NCBI GenBank assembly: GCA_965242925.1 | Contig: CBDEUM010000037.1 | Span: 65,148-129,147, forward strand | DNA length: 64,000 nucleotides | Reading direction: 5' to 3' | Origin: Roseibacillus sp. | Lineage (GTDB): Bacteria; Verrucomicrobiota; Verrucomicrobiia; Verrucomicrobiales; Akkermansiaceae | Part shown: piece after piece, positions 10,273-19,054 of the stretch | Position numbering within the stretch: position 1 is the first letter of the stretch | Layout: each line of letters starts with the position of its first letter | Position numbers and translations under genes: made by a program | The notes under the pieces: model-generated | Told to the model about the DNA's origin: nothing | The model's database searches: none | What the model saw: the letters and a program-made list of their open reading frames with translations, nothing else

Positions 10273-10290
10273 CTTAACGGATGTTTTTTC

Positions 10291-11787
10291 ATGGCCTCTG
10301 ATAGTAATAGCGAGACGACGAATCCTGAGGATCTGGAGTTGTGTGCGCGGATTGACCGCTCGCTGCGGCAGCCCGTCATGTTCTTCTTTGCCAGTGGGGC
10401 GGTATGGTTGGCGGTGGCGCTCATCCTTGGCTTCATTTCCTCCTACCAGTCACATGACACCGGGTTCCTTGCGGAATCCGGAATTTTCAATTACGGAAGG
10501 GTTTATCCAGCCCACGTGAATGTTCTCGTTTATGGGTGGGGATGCCAGGCGGCCTTCGGGCTCATCGTCTGGCTCATGGCACGGCTTTCGCGTAAGGAGT
10601 GCAGTTCGGTTGGAATAATCCTGACGGCGGGACACGTTTGGAATTTCGGGGTCCTGGTCGGGATGCTGGGTATTTTGGGAGGTTACGGATCCGGTAAACC
10701 CTGGATGGAATTCCCCGTCGCGATCTGGCCGCTCCTTCTGGTGAGCTACTTCTTTATAACAGTGTGGTCCTTTATCCAGTTCCGTTGCAGTGAAGGAGGT
10801 AAGACCTATGTGGCTCAGTGGTATCTGGTGGCCAGTCTCTTCTGGTTTCCGTGGGTCTATCTGACCGCGCATCTTTTTGTCTTTGCTTTCAACGGTCATC
10901 CGGTGATGGCAGCCGGGGTCAATGCCTGGTTTAAATATGCCCTCATCTTTCTCTTCTTCACTCCGGTCGCACTGGGCACGGCGTATTACCTTGCGCCCAA
11001 GATCACGGGCCGCCCGATATATAGCTATTCCCTGGCTCTCTTCGGTTTCTGGGCCCTGGCGGTAATCGGCCCCTGGGCCGGCATGCAGAAGTTGGCAGGC
11101 GGACCGCTTCCACAGTTTATGCCATACGTCGGAGCTGCGGCTACGGTCCTCATTCTCATCCCGGCCCTTGCGGTAGGGGTTAACATCCTGATGACCGTGC
11201 GTGGGCATGAATCGGAGGTGGCGGCCAGTCCTTCCCTGCGCTTTACCATCGCCGGGATCGTGGCCTTTGTTGTGCTCGGCCTGATGGGGATGGGACTGAA
11301 CACGCCCGGGGTGCTCAAGATGACGCAGTTTACTCTTACCGGCTACGGGTTTGAGATCCTGGCAGTTTACGGGTTCTTCAGCATGTGTGCCTTCGGGGGC
11401 ATTTATTTTATCGTGCCGCGGATCACCCGTCGCGAGTGGCTCTCGCGACGTTTTATTGCCTGGCACTTCTGGCTCACCACCTACGGTATTGGCACGGTGG
11501 TAGTCTGCTCGATCATGGGGGGATTCTTCCAGGGGGCCGCTCAAGAGGCCTATAACCACGCCTGGCACGAGGTTGCCACCCTGAACTATGCCTATACCGT
11601 GGGGACCACCGTGGCGTGGAGCTTGATTATTCTCGGCAGTCTTTTCTTCCTTCTGCATCTCCTTCTGATGTGGGCCCGACTCGGTCGGCGTAGCCAGCAT
11701 CCCACCCTCCTCAAGGGCAGTCATCACGGGGGATCTCCCCACGGTCCAGACGGCGATCTCGACGAACTCCAAACCTCGGAAGCCTGA
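10291..11787 (+). CDS. cbb3-type oxidase subunit I (CcoN)-like membrane protein with degenerate metal ligands
   Basis: CcoN-like segments NYGRVYPAHVN, GKPWMEFP, YVAQWY, YYLAPK.TGRPIYSY, WAG, WHFWL; CuB and heme ligand His residues mostly replaced. Confidence 0.85.
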   Translation: MASDSNSETTNPEDLELCARIDRSLRQPVMFFFASGAVWLAVALILGFISSYQSHDTGFLAESGIFNYGRVYPAHVNVLVYGWGCQAAFGLIVWLMARLSRKECSSVGIILTAGHVWNFGVLVGMLGILGGYGSGKPWMEFPVAIWPLLLVSYFFITVWSFIQFRCSEGGKTYVAQWYLVASLFWFPWVYLTAHLFVFAFNGHPVMAAGVNAWFKYALIFLFFTPVALGTAYYLAPKITGRPIYSYSLALFGFWALAVIGPWAGMQKLAGGPLPQFMPYVGAAATVLILIPALAVGVNILMTVRGHESEVAASPSLRFTIAGIVAFVVLGLMGMGLNTPGVLKMTQFTLTGYGFEILAVYGFFSMCAFGGIYFIVPRITRREWLSRRFIAWHFWLTTYGIGTVVVCSIMGGFFQGAAQEAYNHAWHEVATLNYAYTVGTTVAWSLIILGSLFFLLHLLLMWARLGRRSQHPTLLKGSHHGGSPHGPDGDLDELQTSEA

Positions 11788-11792
11788 TCCTG

Positions 11793-12524
11793 ATGACCTT
11801 CAAAGCATTCATATCGGCGTTGGCAGCAAGCTTCGGTGTCCCGTGGTTGCTCATCATCGTGGTGCCCTTCGGCAAGATGCGGAACCTTGACGCCGTCCAT
11901 TTCGAAATGGCGGTTGATGGCAAGGACGAGGTCTACGTCCCGCGTCGGTCGGGACGGATTACCACTGGCTCTGCCCTCTACGGGGCCAACGGGTGCTACG
12001 TATGCCATAGCCAGCTTATCCGGGCGGGCTATGCGGGCTCGGAATTGGGGCGTCCTGACTGGGCCGGATTCCGGGTCAAGGATGAGAACGGAGTGAGTAT
12101 TAACACAGCCCGCGAAACCACGCCTTATGACTATGTGGGAGAACCTTTTGCCCACATTGGCATCATGCGGATTGGCCCTGATCTGACCAATGTGGCCGGT
12201 CGGATTCAGGGCTACCTGGAAGATCCGCTTACCAAGGCGGAATCACCTGAGAACTGGCTTTATCTTCATCTATATAACTCCACCCTCAAGACGAGGACTC
12301 TTAATAACACGTCGGGATGCCCTCGTCAGACCCACCTTTTTGACGAGCGGGTGACATACGGAGAGGGGAGCCCCGAGGCAGTGCCTGGGGTTACCAGGAA
12401 TGGAGTGGAAGTATTGCCGACCTCGGAGGCCAAGGCTCTCGTAAGTTATCTGCTTTCTCTCAAAAAAGATGACCCGGTACCCTATTCGATTAATTACAGC
12501 CGGGAGAGGAAGAAGGCCGAGTAA
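11793..12524 (+). CDS. cbb3-type oxidase subunit II (CcoO)-like cytochrome c
   Basis: N-terminal TM helix, Y..NGCYVCHSQLIR, RIGPDLTNVAGR, W.YLHLYN, EAKALVSYLLSL. Confidence 0.85.
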   Translation: MTFKAFISALAASFGVPWLLIIVVPFGKMRNLDAVHFEMAVDGKDEVYVPRRSGRITTGSALYGANGCYVCHSQLIRAGYAGSELGRPDWAGFRVKDENGVSINTARETTPYDYVGEPFAHIGIMRIGPDLTNVAGRIQGYLEDPLTKAESPENWLYLHLYNSTLKTRTLNNTSGCPRQTHLFDERVTYGEGSPEAVPGVTRNGVEVLPTSEAKALVSYLLSLKKDDPVPYSINYSRERKKAE

Positions 12525-12544
12525 CGGACCCAACTAATGCAGTA

Positions 12545-13312
12545 ATGGCTCATTCCAAGCAACCAGCTGATTCCAAGCGACCAGACCTTGAGGAAACCAC
12601 CAACGTGGTGGAGGCCCATGCGGCCCTCCTGAAAACGGGCACGGCCCAGGCTCGCGAAAAACAAATTGCCGAAACCGGCATGGAACCGGTCTCGCTCTGG
12701 GTGTTTCTTGCCAGCGCAGTCGTCCTGCTGGTGGGCGGGGGAGTGCTTGGAGCAGGGGGAAAACTTTTCGATTACAACCCCCATCCCCAGAACTATACCC
12801 GTCCGGAATTTATCAGCGATGCAGACACTGGTCCGACGATTGGTCCCATCCTGGAAGCACTCACAAAGCGCGGAAAGAACATCTATGCCAAGTGCAGTGG
12901 TTGCCACGGGTCGACAGGGAGCGGTGATGGCAATCAGTTCCCGCCCCTTGCAGGGTCCGACTGGGTGACTGGTAATACCGAGCGTCTTTCGCAGATTATC
13001 CTCAACGGACTGAGCGGACCCATTGATGTGGACGGTAAGACCTACAACGGCAATATGCCGGCACAGTCTCCGTTGACGGCCGCGGAACTTGCCGCCGTCA
13101 TGACCTTCGTTCGTAACGAGTTCAACGACGTAGGCGACCTTGTCTCCATCGAGCAGGCGGCCAATGCGATCAAGATTTACGAGGCCCGGCCCCGGGGGCA
13201 AATCACTGTCAAGGAATTGAATTCCAACCACGACAAGATGCTTGAGGGCGAATCGATCGATCCTGCCACTACCGTGGACTTTGAAACGCTCAAACCTGCA
13301 GCGGCTGAATAA
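12545..13312 (+). CDS. Membrane-anchored class I monoheme cytochrome c (similar to 9481..10272)
   Basis: TM helix, CSGCH, FPPLAGSDWV, YNGNMP, MTFVRNEF. Confidence 0.87.
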   Translation: MAHSKQPADSKRPDLEETTNVVEAHAALLKTGTAQAREKQIAETGMEPVSLWVFLASAVVLLVGGGVLGAGGKLFDYNPHPQNYTRPEFISDADTGPTIGPILEALTKRGKNIYAKCSGCHGSTGSGDGNQFPPLAGSDWVTGNTERLSQIILNGLSGPIDVDGKTYNGNMPAQSPLTAAELAAVMTFVRNEFNDVGDLVSIEQAANAIKIYEARPRGQITVKELNSNHDKMLEGESIDPATTVDFETLKPAAAE

Positions 13313-13330
13313 CGAACCCTAACTTCAAGG

Positions 13331-15208
13331 ATGATGAGCGCAGAAGCGGCAACAGATCACGGGCACGATCACCATCACGATCTCCCGTTCTACAAAAAAT
13401 ATATTTGGTCCACTGATCATAAGGTGATTGGGATCCAGTATGGGATAACGGCCCTGTTGTTCCTTGCCTTCGGCTTCTTTCTCATGATGGTGATGCGCTG
13501 GAGCATTGCCTATCCCGAAGAACCCCTCCCGGGCTATCTCAGCTGGGTATTCAGCGATGAGTGGAAGGCTCGCTGGTTGCAGGACGGGCGGGTCACCGGC
13601 GATACCTATAACATGTTCGGTGCCATGCATGGCACCATCATGGTGTTCCTCGGTATCGTGCCCCTGGGCTTCGCGGCGTTCGGAAATTTTGTCACGCCGC
13701 TTCAGATCGGAACGGTGGACATGGCCTTCCCACGCCTCAACATGGTCAGTTACTGGTGCTATCTCGCCGGGGGCTTGATCATGTGCGCGAGTTTCTTCAT
13801 GGAGTCCGGGGCCGCTAAGTCAGGATGGACCAACTACTCACCTCTGGCCAACTTCGCCGACGGACAGATTGTGAACCAGTTTCTGGCCGGACAGACCCAG
13901 TGGCTCCTGGGGATGGTTTTTCTCATCAGCTCATCATTGTTAGGGGCGGTCAACTTCCTTACAACCATCATCAACCTGCGAACCAAGGGGATGACCTGGA
14001 TGCGGATGCCATTCTTCTGCTGGGCCATGCTGGTGACCGGTTTCCTTCTCCTTCTGGCTTTCCCGCCACTGGAGGTAGCTGCCCTGATGCAGTTAATGGA
14101 TCGTACGGTAGGATCCAGCTTTTACATGCCCAGCGGTCTCTACACCTCCACCGCCGGAGTGATCGAGGCTTCCGGAGGAGGCAGCCCGCTCCTGTATCAG
14201 CACCTCTTCTGGTTCCTGGGACATCCGGAGGTTTACGTCCTGCTCCTGCCCGCTATCGCCTGTGTGGCCGAGATCATTCCGGTCAACACACGAAGGCCGC
14301 TGTGGGGCTACAGGCCCATGGTCTGGTCGATCGTGATCCTTGGCTTTCTGAGTTTCGTCGTCTGGGCCCACCATATGTATCTCACCGGTATGGGACCGGT
14401 GATTTCCACCTGGTTCCAGACCACCACCGTGATCATCTCGGTGCCATCAGTCATCCTCCTGACCTCTATGATCGTATCCCTGTGGGGTGGTTCCATCCGT
14501 TTCAACGTTCCCATGCTCTGGGCGATATCCTTCCTGCCCATGTTCGGGATTGGCGGCCTGACCGGACTGCCGCTGGCCTTCAATCTAGTGGATCTCCACC
14601 TGCACGATACCTACTACGTGATCGGCCACTTCCACTACGTCGTGGCGCCCGGGGTTCTCTTCGGACTCTTCGCCGGCATCTATCACTGGTATCCCAAGAT
14701 CACGGGGCGACATATGAACACTTTCCTGGGGCATCTTCATTTCTGGCCCTCCCTCGTGTTCATGAATGTTCTCTTCTTCCCCATGCTTATCCAGGGGATG
14801 GCCGGATTCCACCGCCGTTGGTATAACGGAGGAGACGCCTACCTGTCCAAGGCCGCCGACAGCGAAAATATCTTCGGCAATACCGTGGCGGAGTGGATCC
14901 ATCTCAACCCTCTCATGACTTTTGGAGCCCTCATGCTGGCCCTGGCCCAGATCCCCTTCATCATCAACTTCTGGACCAGCCTCTTCATGGGCGAGAAGAT
15001 TAAGAACGATAATCCCTACGACGCAACGACCCTGGAGTGGGCCACGCCCACGCCGCCGCCTCACGGCAACTTTACCTTCGACGTGGGAGCCTATCGCGGG
15101 CCTTACGAATACAGCCGTGAGGACCATGAGGGTGACTTCTATCCCCAGTGGGAGGAACCGAGGAGGGACAAGCCCGCCAAGGAACCCGAACCGGAGCCTA
15201 CTCAGTAA
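13331..15208 (+). CDS. ctaD: Heme-copper oxidase subunit I, type A1
   Basis: STDHKVIG, MHGTIMVF, DMAFPRLN, WFLGHPEVY, WAHHMY, LHDTYYVIGHFHYV, RR pair; all six His ligands present. Confidence 0.96.
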   Translation: MMSAEAATDHGHDHHHDLPFYKKYIWSTDHKVIGIQYGITALLFLAFGFFLMMVMRWSIAYPEEPLPGYLSWVFSDEWKARWLQDGRVTGDTYNMFGAMHGTIMVFLGIVPLGFAAFGNFVTPLQIGTVDMAFPRLNMVSYWCYLAGGLIMCASFFMESGAAKSGWTNYSPLANFADGQIVNQFLAGQTQWLLGMVFLISSSLLGAVNFLTTIINLRTKGMTWMRMPFFCWAMLVTGFLLLLAFPPLEVAALMQLMDRTVGSSFYMPSGLYTSTAGVIEASGGGSPLLYQHLFWFLGHPEVYVLLLPAIACVAEIIPVNTRRPLWGYRPMVWSIVILGFLSFVVWAHHMYLTGMGPVISTWFQTTTVIISVPSVILLTSMIVSLWGGSIRFNVPMLWAISFLPMFGIGGLTGLPLAFNLVDLHLHDTYYVIGHFHYVVAPGVLFGLFAGIYHWYPKITGRHMNTFLGHLHFWPSLVFMNVLFFPMLIQGMAGFHRRWYNGGDAYLSKAADSENIFGNTVAEWIHLNPLMTFGALMLALAQIPFIINFWTSLFMGEKIKNDNPYDATTLEWATPTPPPHGNFTFDVGAYRGPYEYSREDHEGDFYPQWEEPRRDKPAKEPEPEPTQ

Positions 15209-15229
15209 CACTCCTCTAATCCCTGAATT

Positions 15230-17194
15230 ATGGAGATTCCCCATACTGTTACCGCCCGGAAGGATACCGGCCTTTTTAACGCGAAGGTCGGCATCTGGCT
15301 CTTTCTTGCTTCCGAAGTGATGCTGTTCGGTGGGCTGTTCTCGGCTTACGTTTTCCTGAGGATCTACGCCGACTACCCGTGGCCGGAGCGCGCCCTGCCC
15401 ATTGTTCCGGGGCTCATAAACACCTTCGTGCTTATCGGTTCGTCCGTCACGGTGGTCTTTGCCTGGGCATCGCTCAAGATGCGACAGTGGCGGCGCTTCC
15501 AGATTTTCATGGCGATCACCATTGGCTGTGCGGCCGTGTTCATGGTTCTCAAAACCATTGAGTATAAGGCCAAATGGGGGCACCAGGCCGTGCGCATGGA
15601 TGACTTCACAATCATCGAAGGGCACGCCCACTACGCCACCATTCTGAGTGACGGAAAAGTCGAACACTTCCACACAAAGAAGGAAGCAAAGAAGGCGGGA
15701 GAAAAGGATGCGGAGGTCGCAAACAAGGCCGCTGCCGCGGCGAAAGGAAAGGACGAGGAATCTGGTGGGTCGGGGAAGGCGAATCTCTGGAAGGCCGGGA
15801 AGCCCTTCAAGGCCAATGCGCTTCTTTTCAAGCCGGAGACCATCGATTTCTCGATGGTGCGGGCACACGAGTCATGGGTCAACGCCATGCTTGAGCAGAC
15901 CGGGAAGAGAAATTCCAGACTGATCACTGCCGAGGACATCTTCCTCTACGGGCACATCGAGGATTACTCGGGAACAAAGAGTGACCCGAGGTCGAGCAAG
16001 GAACGCGCCCAGAAGGAGGCCGAGATCGTAAAGGACTACGCCACGGCGGAGGAAAAGAGGGATCACAAGTTCGGAGAGAACTCCCTCTTCATCCCGGCGG
16101 GCACTCCCCTGAGCTATGCTCTTCTTGAGAAATCCCGCCAGGTCTTCGTCGCAGGCCGTGCCCACAACGCGGAAACCCGGACGGCCATCCTTCGGGAAAA
16201 GTGGAAGAGCGTCAGAAGGGATCTGCCGGACGAAAAATACTGGGATCAGGCTCCCGAGGCCAGGATTGACTCAGCCACCGACCTTGCCGAGCAAGTCGAT
16301 GAGGAGGGCAATTGCACTGCCGGGAGCAAGGTGGTGTCGCTGGTATCCACCCTCTCCTTCAGGATGGATCCTCCCCAGCCGATCATCATCAAACGGAGCT
16401 GGATCAAGCGCCCCGTCAAGGGACAGGATGGGAGGGCTGAACTCAGGGACGACACATCCCTCAACGCGGGAGACGGAGAGGGTGGGTCCACCGGACTCCT
16501 TGAGAGCCCCCTTGCTCTCTCCGTGGATGCCATCGATTTCCGCTGGATGGCCCAGAAGGCCGAGGAAGCCGGGAATGTTCCGATGGAAGTGATTGAGCAG
16601 AGCTGGATCTTCTCGAAGGCCAACAAGAACGGATCGACCTACAAGAAAATCTGGAAGGTTCACAAGAAGCGCATCGCTGAGCTTGAGCAGCGCCTGATCG
16701 ACAAATACGGCAAGGACGAGGAAGGGAAACCCAGACGCGTGGCCACCGAGACCGATCGCTACCGGGTGACCTGGCAGGACTTTATGCACTATGCCCGGGC
16801 CGAGCACGACAGGCTCATGCCGGGGGACTCTGGGTTTGACGACCTCCGACCCAAGTTCTGGAACGGGTTTGCAGGACCGAACCACAAGAACGAGGAAATC
16901 CACAAGCTTCACGCCTTCCCCGAATTGGAGATTCCCCATCATAAAGTCTCCCTGCAGTCGATGTTCACTCCCAAGTGGAATACCTACTACGCGATCTATT
17001 TTACCCTGACCGGCCTGCACGGTCTGCACGTGGTGGGTGGAGCCCTTGTCCTGGGATACTACCTCTTCTTCAGCAAGGGACTCTACCGCAGCGACCCGGA
17101 GTGGCTTGCCAACCGGGTGGAGATAGGTGGTCTCTTCTGGCACTTTGTCGATCTCGTCTGGATCTTCCTCTTCCCGATCCTCTACCTCATGTAA
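15230..17194 (+). CDS. ctaE: Cytochrome c oxidase subunit III with very large soluble insertion
   Basis: N-part GIWLFLASEVMLF, NTFVLIGSS; C-part YFTLTGLHGLHV, GLFWHFVDLVWIFLFP; ~460 hydrophilic aa in between. Confidence 0.9.
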   Translation: MEIPHTVTARKDTGLFNAKVGIWLFLASEVMLFGGLFSAYVFLRIYADYPWPERALPIVPGLINTFVLIGSSVTVVFAWASLKMRQWRRFQIFMAITIGCAAVFMVLKTIEYKAKWGHQAVRMDDFTIIEGHAHYATILSDGKVEHFHTKKEAKKAGEKDAEVANKAAAAAKGKDEESGGSGKANLWKAGKPFKANALLFKPETIDFSMVRAHESWVNAMLEQTGKRNSRLITAEDIFLYGHIEDYSGTKSDPRSSKERAQKEAEIVKDYATAEEKRDHKFGENSLFIPAGTPLSYALLEKSRQVFVAGRAHNAETRTAILREKWKSVRRDLPDEKYWDQAPEARIDSATDLAEQVDEEGNCTAGSKVVSLVSTLSFRMDPPQPIIIKRSWIKRPVKGQDGRAELRDDTSLNAGDGEGGSTGLLESPLALSVDAIDFRWMAQKAEEAGNVPMEVIEQSWIFSKANKNGSTYKKIWKVHKKRIAELEQRLIDKYGKDEEGKPRRVATETDRYRVTWQDFMHYARAEHDRLMPGDSGFDDLRPKFWNGFAGPNHKNEEIHKLHAFPELEIPHHKVSLQSMFTPKWNTYYAIYFTLTGLHGLHVVGGALVLGYYLFFSKGLYRSDPEWLANRVEIGGLFWHFVDLVWIFLFPILYLM

Positions 17195-17209
17195 TCATTC
17201 TCACCGGCC

Positions 17210-17587
17210 ATGGCTGACACACCCGAAGAAATCAAGAAGGCACAGAAGAAGTACCTCCTCATTGGGCTCATCCTCTTTGTCTTCACCGTGGTCACGGTGG
17301 CGGTCGCGACCGTGCCGTGGCTTGATTTTGGTGAGCACGGCTTTGACGCCCAGGACGCCACCATCGGCCTGATCATTGCCACCATCAAGGCCGGCCTGGT
17401 GGGCGCAATCTTCATGCACCTCAGTCACGAGAAGAAGACGATCTACGTTCTGATCGTAATTGGTATTCTGATGGGGATTTCCCTCATGGGTCTGACTGGC
17501 TGGGCCTTTGAGGACCCCATCGAGTACGGGAACAGTGTGGAAGGGGACGGCTTCTTTAACCCGGAGGTAAAGGCAGAACAGCATTAG
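17210..17587 (+). CDS. ctaF: Prokaryotic cytochrome c oxidase subunit IV
   Basis: Three TM helices and IATIKAGLVGAIFMHL motif. Confidence 0.85.
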   Translation: MADTPEEIKKAQKKYLLIGLILFVFTVVTVAVATVPWLDFGEHGFDAQDATIGLIIATIKAGLVGAIFMHLSHEKKTIYVLIVIGILMGISLMGLTGWAFEDPIEYGNSVEGDGFFNPEVKAEQH

Positions 17588-17596
17588 GGATACGAT

Positions 17597-17800
17597 ATGT
17601 CACTGCGCGGCTTCCATATAGTATTCATCATCGTTACGACGTTCCTCAGTCTCTTTCTGGTGGGGTGGGCATTCTTTCTTGCTCCTGTCAGCGCCGGGGT
17701 GATGAGGACCCTGCTCATGGTGGCCGGGATCGTCGGTTCGATCGGGTTTCCCATCTACGGGGTCTATTTTTATCGTAAAGCCAGGAAGTTGATTCTCTAG
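17597..17800 (+). CDS. Small two-TM membrane protein in the oxidase operon
   Basis: 67 aa, MSLRGFHIVFI..., two hydrophobic helices, tight spacing to neighbours. Confidence 0.7.
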   Translation: MSLRGFHIVFIIVTTFLSLFLVGWAFFLAPVSAGVMRTLLMVAGIVGSIGFPIYGVYFYRKARKLIL

Positions 17801-17821
17801 CCAAGCAACCGCGAACAGACC

Positions 17822-18016
17822 ATGCTCCTCGACACACTCCATCTTGCCTGCAGCACCTGCGCAAAATCCTTCCAGGAGGGCGGTGGTGATGCGGCTGGCT
17901 GGTCGATTATTTTCCTGCTGGCCACCATTGTACCCGTTCTCGGAGCGACCGGCATCTGCATGGTGCGCATGGTGCGTCGCGAGCGGGAGGCCCTCGATCC
18001 GAAATATGTTGAATAG
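17822..18016 (+). CDS. Small membrane protein with N-terminal CxxC
   Basis: 64 aa, LACSTC, one TM helix, charged tail; fills the gap before subunit II. Confidence 0.65.
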   Translation: MLLDTLHLACSTCAKSFQEGGGDAAGWSIIFLLATIVPVLGATGICMVRMVRREREALDPKYVE

Positions 18017-18062
18017 GACCAACCTGGTTCGTCCCCTCTCTTACTCTTTTCTCTGACTAGTT

Positions 18063-18935
18063 ATGCATTTCCTCGCTGACACTCTTGTCGAACACCTGGG
18101 TATTCCTGAGAACTACGCCGAGCACGGAGGCAGTGTGGATCACCTGATCGACGTGGTGCACTGGTTCATGCTCGTGCTCTTCGTGGGTTGGACTGGGTTT
18201 TTTCTGGTTGCCTGCTGGAAGTTCTGGCAGCGCCGTCATCCCAAGGCCTCCTATCGTGGTGTGCAGAATCATGTGACGACCCATCTTGAGATCGGGGTGG
18301 CTATTTTTGAGGCGGTTCTCCTTCTTGGGTTCGCCTTTCCTCTCTGGGCGGAGCGGACGGACCGTTTCGAGGACATCCAGGCGCAGGATCCCGTGCGAGT
18401 GCGCGCCATCGGTTACCAGTTTGGCTGGAATTACCATTATCCGGGTATGGACGGAAAATTCGGGCGGATCGATCGTCACCTCGTGGAGAAGGCCGGGGAT
18501 CCGTGTATCGACCCGGAAGATCCCAATGGCTGGGATGACTTTGTCTCTCCCATCCTGAGACTTCCCGTGGCTGAACCGGCTATTCTGCAGGTGTCCTCCA
18601 CGGATGTGATTCATGGCTATGCCATCGTGCCGATGCGGATTCAGCAGGACGCCATTCCGGGGACGGACATCCCCATGTGGTTCCGTCCCCTCAAGGAACT
18701 CGAAACCAGTGTGGTCTGTGCCCAGCTCTGCGGGGAGGGCCATGGTGACATGGTGGGAGTGATGCAGGTGGTCAGCAGGGGGGCATACACTTCCTGGATG
18801 GAGGAGCAGAGCACCGCGGCCTACGGCCGGAACTCCGAGGAGGCCGGGACTGGTGGTAAGGTGGAAGAAGAGGACGAGGGTGAACCGGCTGGCGAATCCG
18901 AACCAGCTGATGAGCCGAAAGCTGCTGCCGAGTAA
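18063..18935 (+). CDS. ctaC: Cytochrome c oxidase subunit II (CuA), no fused cytochrome c domain
   Basis: Two TM helices, GYQFGWNYHY, DVIH, CAQLCGEGHGDM CuA motif; acidic low-complexity tail. Confidence 0.93.
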   Translation: MHFLADTLVEHLGIPENYAEHGGSVDHLIDVVHWFMLVLFVGWTGFFLVACWKFWQRRHPKASYRGVQNHVTTHLEIGVAIFEAVLLLGFAFPLWAERTDRFEDIQAQDPVRVRAIGYQFGWNYHYPGMDGKFGRIDRHLVEKAGDPCIDPEDPNGWDDFVSPILRLPVAEPAILQVSSTDVIHGYAIVPMRIQQDAIPGTDIPMWFRPLKELETSVVCAQLCGEGHGDMVGVMQVVSRGAYTSWMEEQSTAAYGRNSEEAGTGGKVEEEDEGEPAGESEPADEPKAAAE

Positions 18936-19054
18936 TCGAAATTGATCCCACCCCTCAACCGGGGGATAAGGAGCCCGGGAGGCCCTGTTTTGCGGCTTCT
19001 GACAAGGATCAGAAAAAGCTGTTCAAGTGAACAGAACCGGCATCTGCTGAAGTC

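Noticed and set aside
10291..13312. Functional cbb3 oxidase (ccoNOP) implying microaerobic respiration
   Set aside because: The CcoN-like subunit lacks all CuB ligands, the heme b3 ligand and the cross-link Tyr; the third gene is a monoheme cytochrome, not a diheme CcoP
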